A DNA stretch of 64,000 nucleotides from Albugo candida (taxonomy: Eukaryota): positions 310,001-374,000 of the forward strand of contig JBDOQK010000021.1 in the NCBI GenBank assembly GCA_040437565.1. The letters are read 5' to 3'. The translations under genes were made by a program, and so were the position numbers. A model generated the notes under the pieces. That model ran no database searches. It had not been told where the DNA came from and saw only the letters and a program-made list of their open reading frames with translations. Below are positions 1 through 11,960 of this stretch, piece after piece; position 1 is the first letter of the stretch; each line of letters starts with the position of its first letter.

Positions 1-383
1 GGATTAAAAGTATCAGCCAAATGCAACTGTTGAATTCAAAGGACAAGTATGTTGATTGACACTGTCAATCACTCCAACTTTGAGCTCAATCAGCGCAAAA
101 GCAATCAGTTTTCTCAACACTTTGCTCCTTTCTGGGAAGATTTGACATCGTGTTATGTATTTTGCATCGTCACCTCTTCTGGTATCGATAGCGTCTATTC
201 TATTTTGTTGGTGGTTGTCAGCATTGACCACAACTGGTGACATAACGCTCCTAGTTGTGCAATCACATTAGAGATAGATCTTGCATATCGAGGACAAAAA
301 AACTGAACAACCTTTATGACAAAAATGTAAATGTATTGATCGCTTATCGGTCGGCCAATCGCTCCGTCAGGAACCCACTATTG

Positions 384-869
384 CTACAACGTCCCGCAAT
401 CGAAAAGGAGATAATAACCAAAGCTGGCTAGAAATATGAACGCGAAAACATTGTCGGGGTTCCAGCACTGTGTGAAAACGTCTTTGGCGAGATCTTCTTC
501 TGCCACAGCAAACGATTTCATTACGGCTGTCAAATAATGCGTTTGATTTTTTCTTTCCGGGTTGTATTCTGTGAACAGAGGACTAACAAATTTAGCTATC
601 TTCTTGTGACTAAATGATGCGAGTTCAACGAAATGCTTGCCATGGAAAGAAGACGCTCGGTAGTATTCCATCAGTATTTTCTGAATTTGAATTACCTGAT
701 TACAATCTTCATTCAATGGTTGGCTTCGACGTATGCAATTATTCTGGAACGCTATTGTCTCCTTGCTTTTTTCCAAACACGTGCCTGGTATATATGTTGC
801 CTTAATGTGAGCCATAACTCCAAAAGTGATTTGACCGAGAACGAGAACTGTGAAAGCGTAAGAGACCAT
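384..869 (-). CDS. Secreted 4-Cys candidate effector family, divergent member A (161 aa)
   Basis: ATG at 869 gives MVSYAFTVLVLGQITFG, a signal peptide like the other members. It has C-x13-C-x10-C and a C-terminal FLASFGYYLLFDC (L-x10-C). Family promoter motifs lie upstream (CATCCAGCTG at 974-983, GTAATCTGACGTG). No RxLK motif. Confidence 0.8.
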   Translation of the reverse strand: MVSYAFTVLVLGQITFGVMAHIKATYIPGTCLEKSKETIAFQNNCIRRSQPLNEDCNQVIQIQKILMEYYRASSFHGKHFVELASFSHKKIAKFVSPLFTEYNPERKNQTHYLTAVMKSFAVAEEDLAKDVFTQCWNPDNVFAFIFLASFGYYLLFDCGTL

Positions 870-2894
870 GTGTGATAATGTTGAGCACTGGGAGTCGGAA
901 GCAAATTGAATTGTGAATCCAACCAACGCGTTTATATTACTTTGGCATAGGGTGTAAAATTGCACACCATCCGCATCCAGCTGCCATTACGCCATTTCCA
1001 CACGACCTACCCCTTCATTGGGCCTATTCCGGTAAGTAATCTGACGTGTCTCACCTGAATGCTAGGTCCTGTATGGAATAGTGTAGCACTCTGCGTCACC
1101 TATTTCAAAAGCTTGCAAGCTTCTGCTAGTCGCCGAGTAAAGTGCTTGTTTCATTACCTCGTTAGGTAATTCTTCTTTTGAGAAAAGTGACTAATAATGC
1201 GGTTCTCTTTCACTTCTACACGATAGTATGGCGTTGACTGGATTTGAGCTGACACAACAACTACAAATCCAGGTTTTGACACTCCATCGAGTATTTTCGC
1301 AGCAGACTTCATTGTCATCATCGAACCAGTCGAATCAAAATGGCAATGATTGAATGCGACTGAAATGCATGCACTTGAAGAATAAACTGGTCAGGAACAT
1401 CCATCTCTCATTTGATCGATCGAGCCTCAAGTCGGCTCAGGAATGAAGTATTTTGTCGACGGGCATATGAGGGAAGGGAGAGAGGACTTTCAAGAGCGTC
1501 TAGGAATTAGATTGTAGGATACCAATAAACGCTTCGGAAGGCTTTGTACGAAGCTTAATTGGTTACAACAAGATCTCGCGAGACCCGTGTCCATGACATT
1601 TCGCGTAAGCTTCCTTTCAGACGTACTGAATGACGGAGTGGCTTCGAATTACGTTGAATTACAGTCAAGGAACCTTCAAACAACATGATACTGAAGCCGG
1701 GAGGTTTTGTAAGCGGTTAAGACAGCGACTACGGTCAGCAATCAACATTCAACAAAGCGATTTAGCAAGTGTGCTTTTATGTACACCCTCAAAGAATAAC
1801 CCGCCGACATTGTTTGAAATCCGACACTGCACTCAGAATAGTAGAACGAACGCTGGAAGTTTCGCTACATCTGAATTACTCGGAGAAACTCATGAGGTTT
1901 TACTCTTCGTATCATATTTCACAGAAACATTGAGGTAATAAATGGCGGGAGGACCAGAATCTGTATTGATTCAGTGAGCTGCCTCTCGTGATAGTCGCAT
2001 ATCCAGCATTGACTGTCTTCATATGCTTCAACCTTATTTTAGGAAATATATAAACTGATCCGTCGACTGGCTGTCCTATACGCAGAAACCGAAATAAATC
2101 GTCGTGTTATGGCGTCTCCCTTCAATTAATTAAACGACGACGGTTATTATTCGTGGAAGACAGCACAATCGCTAGAAAGTTGCGAGACAGAGGCGAGGAG
2201 TTCGGCTTTGATTCTGGGGGAGAGGAGTATGAAATGGACGTGATCAAAGTACTTGCGTACACACACTATATCTCATTATGATTATAATTTATTTTTAGTT
2301 CACCCAGTTCTTGTAATGCTTTCCGACGTTCAATCCGTGTGGTCTTACGTAAGTTACTTTAAACATGGGTTTGTGTTTATTAAGTATAGGCAGTTGTCCC
2401 GATGAGCCACTGATCTATCTGCATCCTTCTTGAGTCCACCTTGCACCCCTCATACTCGAGTCGATTGCGAGCATGTAACTTATAACTGACATGATTATCC
2501 TATATGTGTAAATTCCGCAGAGTGGCTGTTAATATTTTGAATATATGGTAAAATATATGCTGCAACTATTATGCACGCAGCGAGTTTTGAGGAGTTTGAT
2601 GTTATGATGAGGACGTAACCGTTAAAGGTAGCTCATTATGGGCTGTGGCCATTCGAGTAAAAGTACGCATACAGAATAGAATTCACAGAAGACCTGTGAA
2701 ACTTGATGTTGAACATACGTATTAGTTCATTTGCATTTTTTAAACGGATTGCGTGGGGCTACGCAATGAGGAATAGTCGTCTGATTATAATAATTGCGCC
2801 GTTCACGAAAGTAGTCGAGACGCCAGGTATGCTTCGATATAATCCAAATAGTTTCATAAATTTGATCTGATTAGAAATGTAATTATGATATAAT

Positions 2895-3993
2895 TCATTG
2901 GAACAATGCTAGAATGATCCACACAATTCCGACGATTACCGAAAGCATTGACGAGAATATGGAAATTCGAAATGCGATCACTTCAGATCGTTGACCTAAT
3001 CGTGCTGTTGCTTCTCCATAACATCCCGCAAACGTGCCCATGATCAAAATCGAAGCCACGCAAAATGATCCTAGATATGTGATTGATTTGACGGAATCGT
3101 GTAACCCGACTGCGGGAAGTACACCGAGTATACCACCCGGACCAGCAACGCCGTGTACTATACCTACCAAAAAAGCTGTATACTACAATTGGATCAGAGT
3201 TGTGTCAACATAAATTGTTCAATCGCACTTACTTTTTGAGTCGTACTATCGCTCAAACTGACTGTGCATATATGATGTGGCACACATTCAGCCCAACGCA
3301 TACAATGTGAAGCTTTTGGGTGTTGTTTCTCGAATGTCGTGCTCGATGACTCCGAGATGGCTCCTAATAATTCTTCTTGATCCATCGTGGCTGACTTATC
3401 CGTTCTGCACGATTCTAACTGAATGGTGTCTCCCGTTTCGACCATATTGCTACCTTGGTCATTCTTTGGAAGATACACTTTTCCTGATTTCGGTTGTGCG
3501 CCTTTACTATCAACGTCCTTCGATTCCGGAACCGTAACAAGCCTATCTCGATACGTTTTCGATACCTTCTGCACACCTTCTCGTACACCATACAATCCCA
3601 AAGCGATCATAAATACGCCAACCAAAACGTCTGTATAAATATTCATCGACGTAAAGTCGAATTTTCCATCCAGCGAAATAAATAAAATCGCAGTCGCGAT
3701 TAGCCCGAGACTGTGTCCACAACCCCATCGTGCGCCTAATAAAAACGAGTGCCACGAAGAGCCCGACGATAATGTTGCAAGAGCACTCAGGTGATCGGGA
3801 CCTATATATCACGTTATATAACGTGCACATATCAACCACTTCTCCTCGTACCCGTGAGAACATGAATGGCTCCAAAGGCAACACCAGTAGCTGCGATTGA
3901 TACTATAGATGCATTCGATAGTGTTGTCGCATTTATCTCAGCACCGCCATGAGCCACTTTCAAAAAACGATAGCGTAAGTGACTGTATTCCAT
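2895..3993 (-). CDS. NiCoT/UreH-like (nickel/cobalt transporter-like) membrane protein, 3 exons
   Basis: Splicing two short GT-AG introns gives AIHVLTGPDHLSALATL, GARWGCGHSLGL and GIVHGVAGPGG, which are His-containing TM motifs typical of NicO/UreH-like proteins. Confidence 0.75.
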
Positions 3994-4238
3994 CTGTCCA
4001 ATGAAAAGTGGAAAGCAAGTAATCCGTTGTAGCGATGGAATCAGATATTAGAAATATAGTCATGTCTGTCTATCCCTCAGTATAGTATACAAGATCCCTC
4101 TATTTGTAACGCGTATACCCCGCACTACTCAATTTTCANNNNNNNNNNNNNNNNNNNNNNNNNNNNNNNNNNNNNNNNNNNNNNNNNNNNNNNNNNNNNN
4201 NNNNNNNNNNNNNNNNNNNNNNNNNNNNNNNNNNNNNN

Positions 4239-4962
4239 CTAACTGAATGGTGTCTCCCGTTTCGACCATATTGCTACCTTGGTCATTCTTTGGAAGATAC
4301 ACTTTTCCTGATTTCGGTTGTGCGCCTTTACTATCAACGTCCTTCGATTCCGGAACCGTAACAAGCCTATCTCGATACGTTTTCGATACCTTCTGCACAC
4401 CTTCTCGTACACCATACAATCCCAAAGCGATCATAAATACGCCAACCAAAACGTCTGTATAAATATTCATCGACGTAAAGTCGAATTTTCCATCCAGCGA
4501 AATAAATAAAATCGCAGTCGCGATTAGCCCGAGACTGTGTCCACAACCCCATCGTGCGCCTAATAAAAACGAGTGCCACGAAGAGCCCGACGATAATGTT
4601 GCAAGAGCACTCAGGTGATCGGGACCTATATATCACGTTATATAACGTGCACATATCAACCACTTCTCCTCGTACCCGTGAGAACATGAATGGCTCCAAA
4701 GGCAACACCAGTAGCTGCGATTGATACTATAGATGCATTCGATAGTGTTGTCGCATTTATCTCAGCACCGCCATGAGCCACTTTCAAAAAACGATAGCGT
4801 AAGTGACTGTATTCCATCTGTCCAATGAAAAGTGGAAAGCAAGTAATCCGTTGTAGCGATGGAATCAGATATTAGAAATATAGTCATGTCTGTCTATCCC
4901 TCAGTATAGTATACAAGATCCCTCTATTTGTAACGCGTATACCCCGCACTACTCAATTTTCA
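4239..4962. repeat. Identical copy of 3415-4138 across a 100-N gap (probable assembly overlap)
   Basis: The sequence is repeated at an offset of 824 bp on both sides of the gap at 4139-4238. Confidence 0.9.
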
Positions 4963-5097
4963 GCCGATGAAAATTCAAACTAATTTTCTGAAAATTGAAT
5001 GATTGTTTATAATTAACGTTTTGTATCATACAGTTGCTATCAGTTATCTGGATACGTCCTGTGGACTCTGTAAGAAGTTACCTCTTTAAACTAACCT

Positions 5098-6984
5098 CTA
5101 CCACGCATTGTACACCAAATGCTTTGTCTTTCCTGTTTCATTGCTGTTAAGCAGTCGTGTACCATCGGCAGGCGATCTTTGCAAAGAATACTCCACTAAG
5201 GACCCTCGCGGTGTCTGAACCGATGTCCCAGAAATTACTTCTTCCGTGTCAAGTTGTTCGCTTGTTTGTGCCACAGGGCAAACATCCTTAATTTTGCGTT
5301 TATCAAATACTTTTCGACGACCATATAGTTCCTTTGGGAGGATTTGATACAATTTAACCGATAAACCAAGTGCTGAAACGTCACAAATACTATGATAAGA
5401 TGGTCGACATACTGATTTCAGTTTTGAAGGATACTGTGATACATAGTTGGCAATGCGTGAGGATACGAGGATCTCCCCTCCAAAACCAACATCGCCGATC
5501 TCTTGTGCAATCATTTCGGAAGCGCCAATATAGATCATCTTGCCTGTTACAGGATGTTGTTGCATCACTACTCTTCCTTCGCAAACTTCATTGGCATCGT
5601 GAATTCCCATGCGCACACGAAGACCTCGGAATATCGTCGATCGTTTCCAATTCCAAGTTCGCTCCGTTCGCGTGGCGGGTATGAGTCCATCTAATTTATG
5701 TGGCCACTTTGCACGCACTAATTCCATCTGCACCTCGAAACAGTAATTCACAGCATCTTCGATTGAGTGAAATGCGAGTTGGAACGCGTCACCAGCGGTT
5801 GTGATTTCATACCCTTGAAACTTTATCAGTATCGATCGCAAAACTGTATCATGAATTTGAATCGCTTCGTCGATAACGTCATCAGACCCATTCGCCCATA
5901 GTTTACTGGAATTTTCGATATCTGTGAATACAAATACGGGCGGATTGGGTGCTTCAACGGGTTCTTTCTCCTCTTGACATTTCGAGCTCATTCCGGTTAC
6001 ACCCGATTGGGACGCTTGCATGATATTGTGAAATTCCGGTAACTCGCAAACATGATGAGGGAGAACAGGACGCAACATATTGAGGCAACACGCTTGACTA
6101 GCAGTTATAACAATTGCTAATGCTGCACCAAATAGACAGTAGAGAATGCATGCGGTCGAGATGAATATCTTTGGGATCGATTGGAATACTTCATAACTCA
6201 CACTGGACCGTACAAATTCCGAAACGCTATGAGGAAGCGTGAAAATGGCGTAAACTATCAAAATGACTTTGAGTCGATGATATATCGGCGAGGTCGACTG
6301 GATTCCATGCAATTGCTCCATAGTGCGACCTTTGAATTTGAGTATGATAAGTGATATGATCGCGGTGATTACTGATACCATGATACAACATTGCTTCAAG
6401 AGAAGGACCAAATGAAGAGTACGGTGGGTTTCACTTTCGCTTACAACTGAGACCACTGAGATGACGGTACATACAAAGATCAAAATCATTGCGGTAATAA
6501 TGTACTTCTTAATAACGGTGCGTTCGCATTCATGACCGCGATCGATTTTAGCCAATGCGAGTTTGAATAATTCCCACGTTACTAAAAAAATCCAATAAGC
6601 CGATAATATGTAGAGTGTATTTTCAATGAGTAATAATGCCAGTGATATTTTCGCGAGATGGTACGGTTCATGTATGAACTTGAGCGTGTGACATCCCTCA
6701 TACATTAGACTGTCTTCGACTTGTCTTGTATCTGTAACATGAGGACTTTGCCCTGTTTGAGGGTCGTGGTGGTGGGCGTTTAATATAGCGACCAAGGAAA
6801 TTTGAAATAATCCACCTGTGAGAGATAATAACATGGTCCAAGCCAAAAAACTGCACGTGACGAAATGTATACTGGACCGGAATACGCTTCCACCAAGCTT
6901 TATAAGATATCGAAGTGCGATAAGAGTAGAACAGAACGAGATGAAGCAACATACTCCGAAAAGAAAGAAGTTGGATTTGGTCAT
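5098..6984 (-). CDS. Multi-pass (about 7 TM, GPCR-like) protein fused to a class III adenylate/guanylate cyclase domain
   Basis: Hydrophobic helices in the N-terminal half. Cyclase motifs VFVFTDIENSSKLW, GYEITTAGDAFQLAF, GLRVRMGIH and GGEILVS follow. First ATG at 6984. Confidence 0.85.
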   Translation of the reverse strand: MTKSNFFLFGVCCFISFCSTLIALRYLIKLGGSVFRSSIHFVTCSFLAWTMLLSLTGGLFQISLVAILNAHHHDPQTGQSPHVTDTRQVEDSLMYEGCHTLKFIHEPYHLAKISLALLLIENTLYILSAYWIFLVTWELFKLALAKIDRGHECERTVIKKYIITAMILIFVCTVISVVSVVSESETHRTLHLVLLLKQCCIMVSVITAIISLIILKFKGRTMEQLHGIQSTSPIYHRLKVILIVYAIFTLPHSVSEFVRSSVSYEVFQSIPKIFISTACILYCLFGAALAIVITASQACCLNMLRPVLPHHVCELPEFHNIMQASQSGVTGMSSKCQEEKEPVEAPNPPVFVFTDIENSSKLWANGSDDVIDEAIQIHDTVLRSILIKFQGYEITTAGDAFQLAFHSIEDAVNYCFEVQMELVRAKWPHKLDGLIPATRTERTWNWKRSTIFRGLRVRMGIHDANEVCEGRVVMQQHPVTGKMIYIGASEMIAQEIGDVGFGGEILVSSRIANYVSQYPSKLKSVCRPSYHSICDVSALGLSVKLYQILPKELYGRRKVFDKRKIKDVCPVAQTSEQLDTEEVISGTSVQTPRGSLVEYSLQRSPADGTRLLNSNETGKTKHLVYNAW

Positions 6985-8035
6985 TCGCTGCTTATAATGG
7001 AGTATACGAGTATACAATAGATGGTTTACGATAGAAATTAGATGAGGTTTGCGAGTGAGATAGTTGAGGGTAGCTGAAACATATAATGTTTGGATGTCTG
7101 AAAATTTGAGTGCCAACTCCCTGGAAAAACGAGACGCTGGTGGATTGGAGAATATGTGTTTGTTCCGATCGTGTCCGATATATTACTCTCTCACACTTGC
7201 GATATTATAAAGTAGCTTTTTTGGAACTTGTTACCCTCGAGTTTGAAATTGAGAGCCTATCGCCACCTTACTGTAAGGATCGGACAGGGTTCGGGAAATG
7301 CGTCGGGGATAGGCCTTCGAAATTTGAGAATGTACAAGCTGTAAACTCATTCATCTCTTCGACTCACATAGAGCTGTGGCGCGGATTGCCACATGGATAG
7401 CGCCACGCTACAAAATCCGTTCACGTTATGTACTGCATTGCTGATGCCGATATAAACAAGCGTGTGCACTTCCCGAACCCTGCACGGGAAAGGTGTGCAT
7501 GGTTTTTATTCTGTGACTTTAGACCCATACAATACATTGACATATCGTAGTGGGAGCTTCTATTGGAGTCATGTACAAGGAAGCAATAGTTCGTTGCTAG
7601 ATCTCATGCCACCACGTAGACTCAACAAAATGCACGACCATGATGATTGGCTGAAAGTAGCTATAACTCGCAAAGTAGTTGTAGCTCTTTATTGAGGTAA
7701 CTTTTGTTTCGTAAACACGAACTTTCTGAGTGAACCCATCACAGTGCTGCGTGCAATGGTGCGGACGTAGTCGCAGTATTCGCAACCCTCGTTGTGTCTT
7801 TACCGTAGTGTTTAAAACTAACTTTAAGTAGTCCGAGTATAAATTCAAAACGGGTTCACCCTTGTTAACTCTACAACGCGTCAAACTGATTCAAGTACGC
7901 GTCAATCTGATTCAAGTAAAAGAGCGTTTACGCAAAGAGATACGTTGACATTGCTATCGGCCATAATGTAGGTGATCGCTACATACCCAGCCTGCATACT
8001 GTTGATTCAAGCTGACCGAGTTGATCATTGTTGAC

Positions 8036-10243
8036 TCACTCCTCAAAATCACTTAAGCGATACATTTCGCTATCATCGTCACCCACCGTAAAACACGATA
8101 TTCCGCTTACGTCCAACTGAGCGTCGGTCGAGTTCTGTTGTACATTGTGCTTACCTTGTGAATTTCTTCCACGTGCGACGTATTCAGCCAAAGTGATATT
8201 TGATTCTTCCTCTCGTAGCCTTGTTTCCGAAGGTTTCGAAACGTCCTCGAGGTCAGGTCCAGTCAGACTCGGATGCAGTGATGTAATGTTGGAAGACCAT
8301 GACAATCCATCGACTCGTTCCTCAGACATGGAGTACTCCCGAGTCGTTCTTGCGTCCTCTTCAAATGCAGAAGGTGAGAATACAGAGCCTCCTTTGTTCA
8401 CGAATCTTGAAAGCGACGAAGTCGAGGATGATACTAATCGTGTGGTGCTTCTGTCTGATTTGTTGAACGCAGAAACATTGCGTTCTGCATACGAAGAATG
8501 TTTGTCCATAGTTTGCTCCATAGACGACGGTATTGCACTCACGTTATTTGAGATACTCGACTGTGGTTGACTTTGCGCACTAAATACGCTATCGAATCGA
8601 GTCGAATTGTGATGTGCGCTCTTCTGTGTAAACTCGTAATGCTCTTGAAAATCAATGCTTCCAGTAAAGTAACTTTCTACCCCAAACGCACTGTCGCCGA
8701 TAGTGATATGATCGACTAAATCGCTCTCTCCTGTGAACTCACTGTCGCCAGTAAATTCGCTTTCTCCTTCGAATATACTGTCTCCCGTAAATTCGCTTTC
8801 CCCTCCATATACACTTTCCCCCGTGAATTCGCTAGACTCACTCTGCCTATTGATATCGTTCGAGTTCATTGATACCGTCGAGTGTTTTAAATGGTATTTG
8901 TGAGCATCGCTTTTGGATACATGGGAAATGTTAGAAAACTTAGCTGTGTGCCGGTCTTGATTTGGGGATTGATAACAAGAATCGGTAACAAACGGGTTGC
9001 TTGCTCGATGCTCCCGATTGGATGTATTTTTAGCATACGTCTGATCCGCTGACTTGTCGGAGACGACGTGAGTACCGTCACGTGGTCGTGAAAGCAAACC
9101 CGCTTTGGTACGTCCCTCTAAATCACTGTTATGTTTGCTGTCCCATTGCGTTCGTCTGATACGAACGTAAAATACAATTCCAAGTATGACAATGGATATA
9201 CCCAGAATTATAAGCGTAATAAACAGAGTTGATATACCTTGAGAACGGAAACCAGAACCCGTTTTCGCTTGTTGATTACTTGCAGTGTCTACCAATTTCG
9301 TTTGAGTGTGCGAAATAGGCTGTAGATCCAGCAGACCAACTGACTGGTTTTTTGACGGATCAGTATCCGGAGGATGTGATACTACTTCGTTCTGCTCTTC
9401 GATCACCTCTTTTTGCGGTTCCGCCACGGGAGGATGTAAAACTTGTGGAGGCGTTGGAAGTGGCGGAGGAGTTTGAGGGGGTGGAGGCGTTGGAGATGGA
9501 GGAGGCGTCGGAGGGAGCGGTGGAGTTTGAGGTGGGGGAGGCGTTTGAGACGGTAGAGGTGAAGGACTCGTTCTATCATCTTGATTCGCGGTCGCCTGAC
9601 CTGGTTGCTCATTTGGTGCATTCTGTTCCGGAGTAAGTCCTTTCGGAGTAATCGGCGCTGGCGGAGACTCAGTAGGGACTTTGTGATGACTGTTTGAACT
9701 TTTCGTTGGTGTATTCGAAGGGCGTACGCCTTTTACTTCGGTCGAGGGACCATCGTTTGACTTTGCTTCATTCTGTATCATGGGTGACAACGGTGTTGGA
9801 TTGAGTGGAGCTGCTGGAGTTAGAGGCGAAGGAGCTGACGGTGGCTTCTTCGAGGGAGATTTCTCTATTGCGCTAGCATTACTATGAGGCGCTTTTGTGA
9901 CGGGTGAAACCTGCTGTGCGGTCGTTGAGATTGATGATTTATCGTGAATGCTTTCATCTTGAGTATAATGCAACTTGTTGGATTTTGTATGGGAGATGCT
10001 AGCTGCATGCTTTTCTTCAGGTTTTGGAACGGGTTTGACCACTTTGGTTACATTCTGTTTATCTTGCACTCCACTCTGTTTTTCTAAGAATCGATGCGGT
10101 TTTGCTGTATACTCTTTTTTGGTTCCTATATTGTCTCCATTCGTCAAGACTGTCAAGTATACTGCCAAGATGAAGTATACGGTGGTACCGAAATACCGCG
10201 TCCCTCTTCGACGATTCCATTCTTTGCCCATATATGTTTTCAT
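8036..10243 (-). CDS. Pro/Ser/Thr-rich single-pass membrane protein (735 aa)
   Basis: N-terminal hydrophobic segment, (Q/P)TPPP repeats, a TM helix LFITLIILGISIVILGIVFYV followed by RIRR, and a Ser-rich tail with ESEFTG repeats. Confidence 0.85.
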   Translation of the reverse strand: MKTYMGKEWNRRRGTRYFGTTVYFILAVYLTVLTNGDNIGTKKEYTAKPHRFLEKQSGVQDKQNVTKVVKPVPKPEEKHAASISHTKSNKLHYTQDESIHDKSSISTTAQQVSPVTKAPHSNASAIEKSPSKKPPSAPSPLTPAAPLNPTPLSPMIQNEAKSNDGPSTEVKGVRPSNTPTKSSNSHHKVPTESPPAPITPKGLTPEQNAPNEQPGQATANQDDRTSPSPLPSQTPPPPQTPPLPPTPPPSPTPPPPQTPPPLPTPPQVLHPPVAEPQKEVIEEQNEVVSHPPDTDPSKNQSVGLLDLQPISHTQTKLVDTASNQQAKTGSGFRSQGISTLFITLIILGISIVILGIVFYVRIRRTQWDSKHNSDLEGRTKAGLLSRPRDGTHVVSDKSADQTYAKNTSNREHRASNPFVTDSCYQSPNQDRHTAKFSNISHVSKSDAHKYHLKHSTVSMNSNDINRQSESSEFTGESVYGGESEFTGDSIFEGESEFTGDSEFTGESDLVDHITIGDSAFGVESYFTGSIDFQEHYEFTQKSAHHNSTRFDSVFSAQSQPQSSISNNVSAIPSSMEQTMDKHSSYAERNVSAFNKSDRSTTRLVSSSTSSLSRFVNKGGSVFSPSAFEEDARTTREYSMSEERVDGLSWSSNITSLHPSLTGPDLEDVSKPSETRLREEESNITLAEYVARGRNSQGKHNVQQNSTDAQLDVSGISCFTVGDDDSEMYRLSDFEE

Positions 10244-10863
10244 TTGACCAAGAACGCTTTTTGTATGAGATTGAGTAAACTACGTTTTTGAATCAAAATC
10301 TAATAGACGCACACTCAACTGCAAATATTCCTGCAATCACGAAGTAAACACTCATGAGAATATGACAGTTGACACCTCATGGTCACATGGCACAGAGTGT
10401 ATTCTACAGCGAGTGTAAAAATGCGCGATTTTGATTGGTTGTGTACTTCATATCTGATAAAGCCTCTCTAAAGTGATCGCACACGTAGTTTGAGGGCAGT
10501 GGGAATGCCTTCTTGACCGTTTTGTCGGCTGCGGGAGAGAACAGACTGGCAACTAAGTGCGGTTTCTTTCCGATGACAGGTTCGGTGCGCAATGAAAGCA
10601 GTCTGACTTTGCAGACTCGAGAATTTCATGCAGCACTTTCAGTCAGCATAAACGAAAAAGATAGACGGCACAATACGAACAACGAGCAAGAAAGTACAAT
10701 TCCGTCATCACAATCCGTGCCAACTCAAAAAATTGCCCCCTCCAAGGTACCGCACTCACAAAGTTCGTGTAGAATCTGTGTGGGGGTGCTGACGTACTCG
10801 CGGTAGGTACCATTTTTTGAGTCTGATGAGTGATCCAATATCACGATGTGAGTTATCAGAGAT

Positions 10864-11786
10864 ATGTGGCTTCAGCGATCTCCACCGATTTGCAGGGGAT
10901 TGAGCTTCCCAGTTGGCAGCACAAAGTCGGCGGAGAACTGGGATCGGGCTCTATCCGCTGAAAAAATCTTCAGCATGGATGATGTCATCGATGAGATTTC
11001 CCGTGAAAAGCACTCAGCTGGTGATAAGGTGTCACCCTCAAAGGCACTTTCAAAGGAATTCCCGCTGGAACCACGAGAATTATACGAAATTACATATCTA
11101 GCATTCGGCATATCGCTGTATATCGATAAATGGGTTCCGAATGGCCCGTTCGGTCGACCGATCATGGGTTTTGCAGCACATGCGGTACATACGAATCCAA
11201 ATGCCGCGTTTACAAAGGGTTTGATTGCAAAAAAGCAACGAGAGGTTGAGCAAGCTCGTGAAGCAAAACGGCATAAGCAACTTGAGCGAGATGACGACCC
11301 CAGCAACACTGACGATGGTGCAACTTTGGTGGAAAAAGATCCTTTTTCGGGTCTTAAGAAACCATCGCTTCCGACCCGTTTTCCATCGGATATGTCTTTG
11401 AGTAAGTGCGTTTTTGTGCGAATGTTATTACACTCAATAACGGTGTAGACCAGTTTTTGGAAGAAGCTGCAGATAAGTCCAAACAACTTATTGGATCCGT
11501 GTGCGATTTCTGGTCGAGAAGAGTGGAAGGATTGATGGAGAATTATGTCGATTCCAGTCGACGAATTCTTCATCAAATGCCAAAAGTCCTAATTTCATTT
11601 CCTCATGACGCAAGTATGACCATCCGACGTATGTCTACTCATTTTGGGACTGTATTTGAGGACGTCAGGCGCGATGTGAGGGACACTTGGAACGAAGAAA
11701 TGCAAGAAAGAAAACTGAAGGAGGAACGAGAAAAGAACGAGACCAAGCAGCATGAATCAAAACGTGGGCCATCAGGAAAAGTATAG
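10864..11786 (+). CDS. Hypothetical protein, at least 2 exons
   Basis: ORFs 10864-11448 and 11406-11786 join in frame through a GTAAGT...TAG intron at 11402-11448. The 5' end is uncertain. Confidence 0.65.
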
Positions 11787-11960
11787 TAAAGGTATAAATT
11801 CATAGATCCGATTTGATGATACCTAACAAGTCAGGTCATTTACTCTTTTGACCGCATTTGCGAGGGTATTGGCTTCCACATACACCTATCAACACACATA
11901 AACCTCTTTGTTCTGTTATTTTCACACTCGATCATGAACTTGCACTCTTCAATATCCTTC

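Noticed and set aside
3415-4962. Apparent tandem duplication of the NiCoT-like gene
   Set aside because: The copies look identical and abut a 100-N gap, so this is most likely an unmerged contig overlap.
7876-7917. 21-bp tandem duplication ACGCGTCAA(A/T)CTGATTCAAGT
   Set aside because: Two copies only, with no spacer; ordinary local slippage and not CRISPR-like.
10872-11576. 234-aa minus-strand ORF and similar antisense ORFs (e.g. 8145-8570, 50385-50720)
   Set aside because: Shadow frames of better-supported genes on the opposite strand.
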